From assembly GCA_951406725.2 (NCBI GenBank), contig OX597817.1, positions 36,084,001 through 36,148,000 on the forward strand: a stretch of DNA of 64,000 nt. The letters run 5' to 3'. Shown one piece after another: positions 1 to 13,511 of this stretch. Position 1 is the first letter of the stretch, and every line of letters starts with the position of its first letter. The notes under the pieces were generated by a model. It did no database searches. It was not told the DNA's origin and saw nothing but the letters and a program-made list of their open reading frames with translations. The stretch is from Octopus vulgaris. Its lineage: Eukaryota. The position numbers and the translations under genes are program-made.

Positions 1-330
<330 letters not shown>

Positions 331-890
331 CAGTAATTTTATTTTTATTTTTATAGCGTGCTTTCACTTCACTACCGAGCGCAGCTCTGTGTGCCTTGGA
401 TATGTGCTGTGATTTGTTGTGATGCTCTGATGGTTATTGTATGGAAAGTGTTCTGCGTAGGATGTGTGCAGTGCCTAGTAGTGCAATTTTCTGTATGTTA
501 TATGTGTTTGTAAGTCCTGGTGTTTTTGTTATGTATTTGTCTGAATATTTTTTTATCATGCCTAATGCACCTACTATGATAGGAATTGTTTCTGTTTTCA
601 GATTCCACATTCTAGTTACCTCTATTTCCAGGTCTTTGTATTTTGAGAGTTTCTCCATTTCTTTTAGAGACACGTTGTCATCTGCCGGTACTGATACATC
701 AATTAAAAAGCATTTTTTTTCTTCATGATCTCTGACAACTATATCTGGTCTGTTGCCTTAATTTCTCTATCTGTGTGTATCGGCATATCCCAGAGTATGG
801 TTGCTTTCTCGTTTTCTGTGACCTTTTCTGGTGTGTGCCTATACCATCTTTTTTCTGTTGTTATTCCATAATGTTGGCATAGCTTCCAAT

Positions 891-891
<1 letters not shown>
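331..891 (-). mobile_element. 5'-truncated R4/Dong-clade non-LTR retrotransposon (RLE domain + 3' UTR)
   Basis: Minus-strand ORFs 739-1059 and 434-673 join across a frameshift into HWKLCQHYG...ILWDMPIHTDREIKA..PDIVV..KKCFLIDVSVPADDNVSLKEMEKLSKYKDL..IPIIVGALG..QKIALLGTAHILRRTL, a typical R4/Dong restriction-like endonuclease C-terminus. (TAA)n lies on both sides. Confidence 0.88.
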
Positions 892-960
<69 letters not shown>

Positions 961-968
961 CATCATCA

Positions 969-1029
<61 letters not shown>

Positions 1030-1078
1030 CATTATTATTATCATTATTATCATTATCATTATTATTGTTGTTATTATT
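892..1078. repeat. (ATT/ATC)n microsatellite
   Basis: Direct reading. Confidence 0.95.
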
Positions 1079-1525
1079 TATCGAGTTTTATATTCCTTCT
1101 CATATTTGCATTACGCTATTCATGTCAACACATCGATATTAGTTGGTTGGTTCATTTGTTCATTTGTTTACAAGTGCGTGACTGCACAAATGTTGACGGC
1201 TAAATGTTATTCTCGCGTCATTGTTTCTCTGAAATGCTTTGTTTAATTCTGCTACCACAAACAACAATTGTTATGACGCCCCCCCCACATTCACTCCAAG
1301 TCTCATATCCTAAATATATAGATTAAAAAAAAAAACCCCAAAAAATCTTGTCTGTAAATTTACTTCATTGTGAGAAAATCGGAGTAGCAAAACTGTTAGT
1401 TACGATGTAAGAATATTTTTAGATTATGATAAAATATATCCACCGTAATGTTTATTTAGTATTCCGCGTCAGTTTTGTAGAAATGATTATTCTTCTTGGT
1501 TTACATTATGTTGTTCTGACCGTAA

Positions 1526-2185
1526 CCCATTAAGTCCCAGAGTACTTAAATTTCTGAATATTACCTTTAAATGTTTACAGATGATTGAAAGAGATTAAAA
1601 TAAATAAAAAAAAGGATCTTTTCCCTTTGAACGGCAGATCGAGAAATTAATGTTTTGTAACTAAACACTTTCAGACTTCAGACACTGGTAGAATGTGTCA
1701 TATAAAACATCTTTTACTCTTAGTGTTGTTGAGAAAAGTTTATATTTTCAAAGTTATTTCGTGTTAAAGTAGTCGTATTTCGGTAATTTCAGTGACAAAC
1801 GAAATAAACACCGCCGGAAGTTTTTGTGGATAAACAACCGCAGTAATTTTATTCAGCTGAATACACGTCATTGATTGGTTGAAATTACCGAAATACGACT
1901 ACTTTAACACGAAATAACTTTGAAAATACAAACTTTTCTCAACAACACTAAGAGTAAAAGATGTTTTATATGACACATTCTACCAGTGTCTAAAGTCAAG
2001 TCTGAAAGTGTTTAGTTAAAAAAATTAATTTCTCGATCTGCCGTTCAAAGGGTAAAGATCCCAAAAAATAATTATTAAAACTCCTTTACTTCAAGTGTAA
2101 ATGGAAATACTCAGTGTCCTATAAATAGGACACTGAGACAATGTGATATAGTGGCCTATTTATAGGACAGTGGGACTTAATGGGG
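1526..2185. mobile_element. piggyBac-like MITE (host of a nested foldback element)
   Basis: Terminal inverted repeats CCCATTAAGTCCCA / TGGGACTTAATGGG(G), flanked by degenerate TTAA (gtaa/ctaa). Confidence 0.55.
1614..2061. mobile_element. Foldback/long-TIR non-autonomous DNA transposon
   Basis: About 180-bp near-identical inverted arms (1614-1791 and 1880-2061), termini GGATCTT...AAGATCC, about 90-bp spacer. Confidence 0.85.
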
Positions 2186-3343
2186 CTAATGTTGCTTGTA
2201 CGAAATAGAAATTTTAACTATTATAACTGAGGAGCAATAATCTTTACTGGTTTAAGTTTTAAAATATGTATTTATACATACTGAATTCTAGAAACATTAT
2301 TATTTCTAAATTTCTCAAAGAGAGATATTCAGTAACCGTTCTTTAAAGTAAATGCTATTTTCCAACATAATGTGGTTGTCCTTATATCTGTGTCCTTATA
2401 TTTTTGTACAGGACTCCCTGTTCAAAACTATAAGGATACAGACATTGTGTCGTATAGCCAGCTGGAAACAATGTTTCTTGGGACTACACAACAGTAACAT
2501 TTGTCCCTTCCAGGACAGCCACATTATGTTGGCAAATAGCCTTTACTATGCTGAATTATGTCTAGAAATAACAATGCTATTGATAAATGAAAGTTATCAA
2601 TAATCAACAGTCAAGGTTGTGTAAATTGTAATACTACTTAGAAATGTTATAATATTAATTTATTTTCGTAACTTAACACTCATGAGATGAATTCTCTTAA
2701 AATTATGTAACCTTTTGACAGTAGGAAAAATAGTGACGTAAAGTAAGAATATTTACGTGTGATTTTAACAAACATCACTGATCCACCGTATGCGTCAATC
2801 AGATTGTACAGTCATTCTTTATAGAAGGGCATCCAATAGCGTACTAACCGGCGTGGTCATAACTGAGCTGGCAACGGAAGCCATACTCTTAGATATGTCC
2901 CTTCACATCCTTCAAACAATCAAAGCCTGTAACTCCTTAATTTCCAAGTATTTCAGATGCTGCTTCTGTTAAGAAAGAACACATATCATAAACAAAGAAC
3001 ACATATAATTAACTGGTAAAAAAGACATCCACCTTTCTGAATTGTGTGGCTATTACCTGCTGCTCTAAATCTTGCACAGCAATCACCCGATAAGCAAATA
3101 TGTTTTTGTGCGTTGCACTGTCTGCAAAACCTTCTAGATTGCTACTAGTATTTCTGTATATTTACCAACAGAATCTTTGTCATCTGTACGGAATCTTCCT
3201 ATCCACTAACTCTCACCCAAGATGATTCTGTAATTAGAACTTCTGCCGCGAAAACTTACACATTTATTACTAGCTATGCTTCCAACGCTTCAAAGCTCTT
3301 CTAAATAATCTTATTATTTTCTCTTTCGCCAATCTCACCAGAA

Positions 3344-3604
3344 GTGGAGGCACGTGGCTTAGTGGTTAGGGTGTCAGCATCATGATCGAAGGATTGTGGT
3401 TTCGATTCCTGGACCGGGCGACGCGTTGTGCTCTTGAGCAAAACACTTCATTTCACTTTGCTCCATTCCACTCAGCTGGCAAAAATGAGTAACGCTGCGA
3501 TGGACTGGCGTCCCATCCAGCTGGGGAACACATACGCCATTGAAACTGAGAAACCGGGCCCATGAGCCTGGCTAGGCTTTAAAAGGGCGCATTTATTATT
3601 TATT
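3344..3604 (+). mobile_element. tRNA-derived SINE with 13-bp TSD
   Basis: A box TGGCTTAGTGG, B box GTTTCGATTCC, (TTTA) tail, TSD AATCTCACCAGAA at 3331-3343 and 3605-3617. Confidence 0.92.
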
Positions 3605-5157
3605 AATCTCACCAGAACGTGCACTTCAGGAGCCAATCACAGAGTCAGTATCCGGTTACTAGACCAGCTACAAATAGCAACCAAATAGATGTCAAATGAA
3701 TCTAGACGGCATAGAAAGAGAAAAGGCACAACGGATAATGTAGTTCCACATGTACTGCTTGAAAATAAAAACAGGATGGTCAAACCGCTTTGAATAACAA
3801 ACCTTGTTTAGGTTTCAGTATTATATTAGGTGTTACAACACTATCAGTAATAACATACACGGTAAGTGCAAAAACACTGTGGTCATTTTAAAGGCCACTG
3901 ACCTTTAGATTGTCCTTCTCCTTACTCTCAAGTGTTTCTCTCCTCTAACAGACGTTATCTTTTCCAAACCGCGAGTCGTTCTCTCTCTACGCAGGTCTTC
4001 ATCCTGCAAATTATTGACATGTTGATTTCAAATTCTGGCACAGGGTCAGCAAGTTCGGGCGAGGGGGAGGGGAATAGCCGATTATATCGACCCTAGGGCT
4101 CAACAGCGATGAAAGGCAAAGTCGGCCTCGGGGGAATTTGAGCTCAGAACGTAAAGGCGAACGAAACTGCTAACCATTCTGCCTGTTCGCCGCCTTGCGA
4201 CCTAATGACATTTTACTTTCACTTTTACTATGTCAAAGGAAATGGGAACAGTGGTGAATAATAACGTTCTCTAATGATGAATGATATTCTCTTTATTCAA
4301 TGACATCAGTATAGCAAGGTTTACCAAGGATTTCTCTCCTATGTCACTCACCAGCGGTCACTTGCTCGTGAAAAGTTCGGCGAAAGTAACATCATTCTCT
4401 AGCAAATAATTCGATGTGTCTCTCACAAGAACCTCCTAAATAAATTGTTTACATAATAGCCTCATCTGCGTCACGGTTTTCGGTTGAAAGCTTCCTACCA
4501 AGGTCACTTCGTTGCAGCGTGTGCAGTTGGGTCTCTAACTCACCCACTCTACATCATCTCTGGTGTTGTACAGTTTTATTTATCACACCAGAAATGATGA
4601 AGTGTAGGTCATACAGAGACCTATGTCAATTTTGCTCTTCTTCCTGTACGACCTAGCTTTTTGCACACAGATTCTACATCAAACATAGACAATTTAAGTC
4701 AAACCTATACTGCTGCCATGAACCAAGACGTTGAAGCTAATCTCATGAAAACATGACAATCTAATTTTTTTTTAACTGCACAGAATTACAATCACTGCTT
4801 ATATCAAAGAAACGACATCGCTGCGTTTGATAGATGTCAGCACGTATCTGATACTGGCAAAGTCTCTATAGATGCAAGGCTTCACAGCTCTGGTAAACTT
4901 TCATAGCTTTACACATATATAATACAGTAAAAACTGCATTCCATCTGTATAACGAGAGAAATGCTTCAGCTCTGACCTGCATTGACTTTTCACAAGGCTT
5001 CAGTAAAACTTATCTCAGACAGTGTGGTATTTCAACGTCTGCCTAATGGACTCTCTCATGACTCGGTAGTTCTATAACAATAAGGGCCTTCGCTCGTTGA
5101 AGCTAGATAGTTATATACCATGCTCGACAAAATATTAGAATGATATGTTGCTAGTAT

Positions 5158-5444
5158 GTGAAGGCACATGGCCTAGTGGTTAGAGCAGTGGACTCGCGGG
5201 TTCGAATCCCAGACCGGGCGATGCGTGTGTTTATGAGTGAAATACCTAAGCTCCACGCGGCTCCGGCAGAAGATAATGGCGAACTTCTGCTGACTCTTTC
5301 GCCACAACTTTCTCTCACTCTTTCCTCCTGCATCTTGCAGCTCACCTGTGACGGACCGGCGTCCCGTTCAGGTGGGAACATATACGCCAAGGAAACCGGG
5401 AAACACAGCCTTATGAGTCAGGCATGGCTCGAGAAGGAACAAAC
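5158..5444 (+). mobile_element. tRNA-derived SINE with 13-bp TSD
   Basis: A/B boxes (TGGCCTAGTGG, GGTTCGAATCC), TSD ATGTTGCTAGTAT at 5145-5157 and 5445-5457. Confidence 0.92.
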
Positions 5445-7340
5445 ATGTTGCTAGTATACAGTTCTCAGGTTTGGGAATAGTATGCCGATCTTGTTAAATT
5501 TCTTCCAACCAATTAAATTTTCTGAAATTTCTACCAGATTATTAAAAAAAGTATATACTTCTTATTTTGTTTAGCCGGCTGATGACGAAAATCGCATTCA
5601 TTTTCTTCTAGAAAAAAAAAGTTACTATCATTTAAAATTATGTAATTTTAACCATTCAGCAGACTTCACTGCCAGATATACTAAAAGTTGTGACTCTTTT
5701 CCCTTTGGGAACGGAACACGCGAAACCTTTATGTGTTCTGTCAACCTTCGAGAATTAGTAGCTAAGTCTTCCTTAAACTACAATACACTGTCTAAAAAGC
5801 AAAAAACAAAAAAGGCAAACCATTGTGTCACAGCATCGTTTATTTCCTTGAGGTAGGCCCAAGTGGTTTCCACTTGTTGAATGTTGTCCATAACATTTAA
5901 AATCAGCAGATGTGATAATTTATCGAACTCTCACGGCCTTAAGACACTTACTGAGTTCCACAGATCGATATTAAATGTATTTTCTCTATTTTTGGTTTAA
6001 AAGAATTGGCGTGGTGGTGATGGCAGAGAAAGAATTGATTACCAATGTTGAAATTATATGAAGTGTAGTAATGATGATGAGGATGATAAAGATGGCAGCG
6101 GCAATATAGGTTTGACGGGAATTATTTATGTTGTATGTGAAACCTATGTGCAAAAAGCTACGTCGCACAGGAAGAAGAGCAAAATCGACATAGGTCTCCG
6201 TGTGACCTACACTCCATCATCTCTGGTGTGATAGGAAACAATCGACCGGAAACCGTGACGCAGATTAGGCTATTATGTAAACAATTTATTTAGGAGTTTC
6301 TTGTGAGATATACGGCGAATGATTTGCTGATGTCTGTAGAATGATGTTTCTTTCGTCGAACTTTTCAAGAGCAAGAAATATTGATGGTGTTCTTTCTCCA
6401 CCACCAAACTCTGTAAAACAATCTTGCCATAAAAGAAGAGAAGGTACGTTTAATATCGATTTGTGATAAGTGTTTTAAGGATCATGAGTTCGATAAAAGA
6501 TTATATCCGTGGAAATTGTGGCACAATGTATCGTCCTTTTTGATTTCGTTTAGACTTCATGGTGTAATTTAAGGAAGCTTTGTCTGTTTTTCCTTTCAGG
6601 TTTAGAGATGATATAAAGGTTTCGCGTATGCTATTCACATGGGGACAAAATGTCACCACTTCCCATAAATTCGGCAATCGACGCTTTGATTAGCTAAAAT
6701 TATATAATTTTAAATGGTTGTAACTTTTTTCATTATTAATTTCTAGAAAAAAATATGAATATGATTTTCGGTATCACTATGCAAAACTACATCAGAAATA
6801 AATTTTTTGAAACAAAAAAATGAAAAAAAAAACTTGGTTAGAAGAAATTCAACAATGTTCTAGAATACTAGTTGCATACTATTCTTTCCTCTTGTTTGCC
6901 ATGCCGTATCTGTTTCCGAGACCTCGCATTTATAAATATGCTTACTTCTTTCTTGTAAGACGATTAATTTTCTAAAATTTCATTTGTCTCCACGTTCTAT
7001 CTACCAATGTCATCTTATAAGTGTTCAACTTTATCAATCTTACTAAGATCGGTCGGACTGCAAAGGGCTGCTTCTGCCATCTCACTGAACCATCATAAAA
7101 AAATGAAGAAAATGAAAACCATTGTCAATCCAGCTATGAGTTATTTTATTTCGATAACAGAGTAACATGACTGAACAAATTTTGCCGAGAATTTATTATC
7201 TGAGAGGCCTACTACATCAAAACCAATGCTATGTTGTCTGGCCCAAACTTATTTCCACAGCAATGATTCCCAAAACATGCTTCAAATTGCTGGACGCTTT
7301 AGTTTCTCTCCTTTCTGAGTGTAGTGGTATTTGTTGCTCA

Positions 7341-7575
7341 AAGGCGGTGAGCTGGCAGAAACGTTAGTACGCCGGGCGAAATGCTTAGCAGTATTTCGTC
7401 TGCTGCTACGTTCTGAGTTCAATTCCGCCGAGATCGACTTTTGCCTTTCATCCGTTCGGGGTCGATTAAATAAGTACCAGTTACGCACTGGGGTCGATAT
7501 AACCGACTTAATCCGTTTGTCTATCCTTGTTTGTCCTCTCTGTGTTTAGCCCCTTGTGGGTAGTAAAGAAATAGG
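7341..7575 (+). mobile_element. SINE family 'AAGGCGGCGAGCTGGCAGAA' (tRNA-like head)
   Basis: Head TGGCAGAA..GAGTTCAA(A)TTCC. Homologous copies at about 4020-4195(-), 10047-10280(+), 26205-26400(+), 54830-54980(-), 60460-60675(-), 63855-64000(-). Confidence 0.85.
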
Positions 7576-9318
7576 TATTTGTTGTGCAATTTTCTTATCA
7601 TATTTCTGTTGAGATACCCATCTCTATTTCAAGAAAATTAGAAAATAAGGAAGAATTTAGTAAAATTATTTTGTTACTAATAAGCTGGTATTCAGAACAG
7701 AAATTAAAACATTTTGATGGAACATGTTTAAATAATGTGTGAAGTTTATGAAGTTTATATTAAGCTTCAAAAAGAAAGCGAAAATTTCTGTAAGCAACTG
7801 TTTATTTAAGTGTTTTTTAAAAAAATTTCTTGAAAAAAGTCCAATTCACCTTCTCTTGTCTTGTTCCTAATTGCTTTTAATTTCTTTTAACTTCTCTTAA
7901 TTTCTCTTGATCTATTCAGTTATAATATTTCACCTTCCTAACAACTCATACTAACGGCGTTATCTTATCTTTCTTTCCATGTTTAGATACTTTCAAAAGA
8001 AATTTGTATCACTGAACCGAGGAGCGTCGAAAATAGGTTGGTGTCAAAAGATTTAAATATTGATTACAATACACTCAATTTAAAAGTTAGCTTACCTGCT
8101 TACCTTGTTTATGGAACTATGGACTGCTTTTTCTTGGCCTCACGGGTATTAACAAAAAATTGAACCGCTAAGTTCAGTGTTCTCACCGAGATGGCAAGAA
8201 AAAAGTTGAAACAATATTCACAAAGCTTCATATCACAGAAAAACTACGTATGTTTTCAATAAATGAGAATATTTCTGTACATTTATATTTTTGATTTATT
8301 TGTTCGGCTTCCATTCCGTGTTGGTAAATTGACAAATTTGCAAATGTTAGTATAGTTAATAGTTTAAAACGTCTCTTACTAATAGCTACAAAAGCTATCT
8401 CACTTAAATCTGTCAATTCCCCATTTATTTTTGTTAGTGATAAAATTTATTTTATAACTGAAAAATAGTTAATAATTACTACGATATCAATTCGCTTTCA
8501 TTTCATTATTATTTTTTAAGTGTTTGACTCAAGTGATTCACATTGTATTTGGAGAAACACTGAGAGATAGTAAATTTTCTGTGTGTATGTGTGCGACTGT
8601 CTTTCATTATATCTGTCTCGGCAATTGAGATGTGGCCATTAAGACTATAACTTCATGTTGCGTAATATCGTCTTAACGTCTATTGACTGGGTCAAATTTT
8701 GTTGTTTGAAACTCTCGTTATGCAAACATAATGTATATGTGTATGTGTGCGTATGTGTGCGTATGTGCGTATTTGTATGTTTAATATGTATGTATATATA
8801 TTTATATATTTATATATAGGTATATATATACATATATACATACATACATACATACATATATATATCTTCCCTTATATAAAATCCGTTCTGTGTGTGTGTG
8901 CCTTCTCGGATCTCGGGCATCCTCCATCCGATTGCGCTCAAATTTGATATGTAGATACTGACGGTATCAGGGCGTGTATAAGTCTTGAAAAAATTACAAA
9001 AATCGATTCCAGGTGAGAATGCGAACGATAAAGCCGTGGGAACGTGCATTTGTACGCGCAAGTACATTAGCCTCGTTTTTAAGGGTATCTTGCGGTCATC
9101 TTAAGGTCACCAAAGCACCACGAAGGTAAATGATAGTCTCGCTTCGGCATTGGCTTGTGGTTTCCACCTGTGGTGCCTCCATGCAGATTCCAAAAGTTGT
9201 TGTTGCTGCAGTTGTTGTTGTCGTCGCTGCAGCTGGCGCCGCCGCCTGTGTTGGTATTGTTATTGATGAATCCGGGGCTGCTGGTGCTGGTAATGGTGGA
9301 GGATGCCGGTTTTCAAAA

Positions 9319-9860
9319 TTGTTTTTGCTACGAGAGTTTCGGACCCCAGTAATGAATTCATTTGCATACAGCCAATCAGAGCTCACCTTGACCTAGTTGT
9401 CAAGTTAAAAAACACACTCTACCAAGTAAACTCAAGACGAAGAACGGTGTTGTAAGTCGATCGATGACCAAGTTATGCCTGATTTTAGAAGAGGACAAGT
9501 AATTAGATAGATTTGCATCTACATCTATTATCGGATTTTGTTAGGGTCCTATATGGTAAAGATGTGAATGGGAAAAATGTGGGTAGAGGGTGATGAGCTA
9601 GCAACCCTCTCTCTTACTATTTTACAAAGTAAACAACAACACAAATAACTAAGCAGAGGCAGCCATGGTTGAAACAAGAACAAGAACAACAAGCATTCTT
9701 AAAAGAGAAAAAGAAACATGGTCATTCCTTACCCAAGTGACTTTATTTTATCGCCCATCACTTGTTATGTGCTCATAAATTAGTTTGATAGTTGAGCGCT
9801 GATTAGCTGTATGCAAATGAGTTCATAATTGGGGTCCGGAACCCTCGTGGGGAAAAATAT
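9319..9860. mobile_element. Old MITE with about 70-bp imperfect TIRs
   Basis: 9319-9387 is the reverse complement of 9791-9860 (cgagagtttcggaccccagtaatgaattcatttgcatacagccaatcagagctca). Confidence 0.6.
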
Positions 9861-10046
9861 TCGCTGCCGGTTCTGCTGCTGTTGCCGTTATAGACGTTGC
9901 CTCTGCTACTCATACTATAGTAGCCAATAAGCCTGTTGGCGATGCCGCTGATGTTTTTGTTAGAGATGCTGCCATCCATAGAGGCAGTGGTGACGAGGGT
10001 GGCTGTTTTATTGAAACGGACCTGTTACTTTTGCTGCTGCTATTGT

Positions 10047-10280
10047 AAGGCGGCGAGCTGGCAGAAACGTTAGCACGCCGGGCGAAATGCTTAGCCGTAT
10101 TTCGTCTGCCGTTACGTTCTGAGTTCAAATTCCGCTGAGGCCGACTTTGCCTTTCATCCTTTCGGGGTCGATAAATTAAGTACTAGTTACGCACTAGGGG
10201 TCGATGTAATCGACTTAATCCCTTTGTCTGTCCTTGTTTGTCCCCTCTGTGTTTAGCCCCTTGTGGGTGGTAAAGAAATA
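10047..10280 (+). mobile_element. SINE (same family as 7341)
   Basis: Near-identical to 7341-7575. Confidence 0.88.
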
Positions 10281-10780
10281 TATTATAGTGGCTAATAGGT
10301 CTGGATCGTGGACGTTGGGTAGCTATTTGTGAGGTTGGTGATGGTTGGGTTGTCGCTGGCGATGGTGGTGATGTCGCTGTTGTTGGCGATGAACTGGAGA
10401 TCCGTCCAGCTGGGGGTGGAGGGAGGACACATACGCCACAGAAACCGGAAAACAAGCCCCGTAAGCCTGGCCAGGCTTGAAAAGAGCGCATAAATTTTAT
10501 ATATATTATTCAAAGAAATTCCAACTCTGTTCTTTATGTTTTATTTATATTCTTTATAATATTAAAGTAGAATATAGAATATATAGTATAAATAATATAT
10601 ATATAGTAAAATGAAATGAAGTATTGATTGTCTTATTGAATAGATGAAATATTTTACTATAAAATATTAAGGGACTAGTATACTTTCTTGGATTATAGCA
10701 GTCTTGAAGGTCCCAGGTTGTACTTATATACACATATACCAAGTACCTATTGATAGAATATATGTACACACATACACACA

Positions 10781-10858
<78 letters not shown>

Positions 10859-11220
10859 TATGTGTGTGTGTATATATATATAGTATATAGTGTGTTATGT
10901 ATGTGTATAGGCACTGAGACATAATAAGCTCGGTGTCTAGCAGCTTTTAATGCCAATATTCTTCGCCTCTCTGCCTTCTTAACAGTGTCTGGCGAATGGA
11001 TTACTGTTCTTTTAGTTACCTACATATTAAGCTCATACATACACCTTGCTTTAACACACTAAAATACACATGTACACACCCATATACACATACGTACACA
11101 CACTCACGCACATATACGCACGAACGTACACATATGTATGCATGTACGCGCATGCATAACATAACAAACCAGACAAAATAGGTAAATGAAGACACACACA
11201 CACACACATACGCGCACAAA

Positions 11221-11762
11221 TATGTATGTTTGTGTGCATGTAGGTATATGTGTGTGTATGTGTCTGTATGTGTGTGTATGCATGTGTGTATGTATGTGTG
11301 TGTAAGCATGTGTGTATGTATGTATGTGTGCATATATGTATGTATGTGTGTCTATCTGTATGTATGTGATTATGTATGTGTGCGTCTATGTATGTATGCG
11401 TGTGTGTATGCATGTATGTATGGATGTGTGTATGTATGTATGTGTGCGTCTATGTATGTGTGTGTATGCACGTGTGTATGTATGTGTACGTGTATGTATG
11501 TGTGTGTATACATGTGTGTATGTATGTATGTGTGCATATATGTATGTGTGTGTGTGTCTGTCTGTATGTATGTATGTGACTATGTATGTATGTGTGCGTC
11601 TATGTATGTATGCGTGTGTGTATGCATGTATGTATGGATGTGTGTATGTATGTATGTGTGCGTCTATGTATGTATGTGTGTGTATGCATGTGTGTATGTA
11701 TGTGTAAGTGTATGTATGCGTGTGTGTAAGCATGTGTGTATGTATGTGTGTATGTATGTATA
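11221..11762. repeat. Compound (TG/TATG)n microsatellite with a higher-order internal duplication of about 200 bp
   Basis: The motif tgtgcgtctatgtatg recurs at about 11380, 11445, 11595 and 11660. Confidence 0.85.
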
Positions 11763-12164
11763 CGAATGGTAGACAGAAAGAAGGAAAACGTAAGCGAAAT
11801 TTTCAAACACTGATTGATGTGTGCAAATCTAATTTTAACATTGTTATTAATTGAAAGTGGTGTACTTATTATTCCTACAGGCAAAACAGCATTATTATCT
11901 GTTGAAGATTTCTCTTTGCTGCAGAAATTAGGACACAATGTCTCTATTCTGGTTTTAAAACTATTTTCCAACCTTCGACAATGCTAATTTGTTTTCAGAC
12001 CAGCGAATACAGCGTTAGTGTTGGCGAAGAAGTGAACGTGTGTAGAGTGTATTGTAGTGGTGATGGTAAGCAACATAAAGTTGGTGTTTGTTGTTCATTG
12101 TAGTGTTAGTGGTTGTTGGTTTGTTAATTATAGTTAATTATACATAGAGGTGGAGTTGTATAGT

Positions 12165-12779
12165 CTTTTCTGCTCTAGGCACAAGACTCGAAATTTTTCG
12201 GGAGGTGGCCTGTCAATTAGATGGACCCCAGTACGTAAGTGGCACTTAATTTATCGGCCCGGAAAGGATGAAAGGCAAAGTCGACCTCGGCGGAATTTGA
12301 AATCAGAACGTAAAAACAGACGAAATACTGTTAAGCATTTCGTCCAGCGTGCTAACGTTTCTTATTTCTTTATTGCCCACAAGGGGCTAAACATAGAGGG
12401 GACAAACGAGGACAGACAACGGGATTAAGTCGATTACATCGACTCCAGTGTGTAACTGGTACTTAATTTATCGACCCCGAAAGGATGAAAGGCAAAGTCG
12501 ACCTCGGCGGAATTTGAACTCAGAACGTAACGGCAGACGAAATACCTATTTCTTTACTACCCACAATGGGCTAAACACAGAGGGGTCAAACAAGAACAGA
12601 CAATCGGAATAAGTCGATTATATCGACCCCAGTGCGTAACTGGTTCTTATTTAATCGACCCCGAAAGGATGAAAGGCAAAGTCGACCTCGGCGGAATTTG
12701 AACTCAGAACGTAGCGACAGACGAAATACCGCTAAGCATTTCGTCCGGTGTGCTAACGTTTCTGCCAGCTCGCCGCCTT
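12165..12779 (-). mobile_element. Multimeric SINE (three tandem internal units)
   Basis: The unit aaaggatgaaaggcaaagtcgacctcggcggaatttgaactcagaacgta is repeated at about 12263, 12480 and 12664, with the head at 12779. Confidence 0.85.
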
Positions 12780-13424
12780 AGGTGGAGTTGTATATTGGAA
12801 TACAACGATGGTAGCGTATGGAATACGGTGGCCCAGAGTACAGGTAATTATGGTGGTGTATGATGGTGTTATATTTTAGAGATTATTGCGGTCGTTGCTG
12901 TTGTTGTTGTGCTGCTCCACGTCAACCCTGTTTCAGCAGACCTGTGGCCTGCAAAGGGTCGATCGAATAGCGTGACCTGAATCACAGGGTCATCTTCCAG
13001 AATATATTTTGTTACTGTGTCGCTCAAGGACCACACTAAATATCCCAACATGCAGTGATTCTAGAGATGGTGTTGTAGACTGATGTATAACAATGGTGTT
13101 GGGTTTGGTGGTACATGTTGTATGTTTGACGTTGTAATACTTAGTGGCGTAACAAAGGTTCCTAGTGCCTGCAGGTAAAAGACAATTTGCTCCCCCTCCC
13201 CACATCTTAATCTTAATTAACAGGTATGATAAGCAATAAAGAAATTTTGAGACACTTCAAAACTGCGCTCGGGGGCAATGTCACTCTTGTCTTTCTCTTG
13301 TCATGCCTCTAGTAATATTGTGCATATTCACACACACACACACACACACACACTGACACACACTGACACGCACACATACACACATGTACACACGCACACA
13401 CAGAGTCTCATAGATATGTATCCG

Positions 13425-13509
<85 letters not shown>

Positions 13510-13511
<2 letters not shown>

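Noticed and set aside
2800-2965. hAT dimerisation-domain-like reading (SMASVASSVMTTPVST)
   Set aside because: No ERxFS motif or TIRs; the alternative frames fit the colinear lipase-like exon series better.
3344-3420. tRNA-like sequences (also at 5158, 21431, 22077, 45025, 55324, 56890)
   Set aside because: They are SINE heads continuing into SINE bodies, some with TSDs; no complete cloverleaf with terminator.
5579-5595. CTGATGA-C-GAAA hammerhead-like string
   Set aside because: No stem II, no matching stem I/III or NUH; it lies in a DNA-transposon-like fragment.
11881-11987. Possible plus-strand exon after ttcctacag (GKTALLSVEDF...)
   Set aside because: Short, no recognisable homology and no partner exons.
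12263-12720. Regularly spaced direct repeats resembling a CRISPR array
   Set aside because: The spacers are themselves homologous, the context is eukaryotic SINE multimers, and there are no cas genes.
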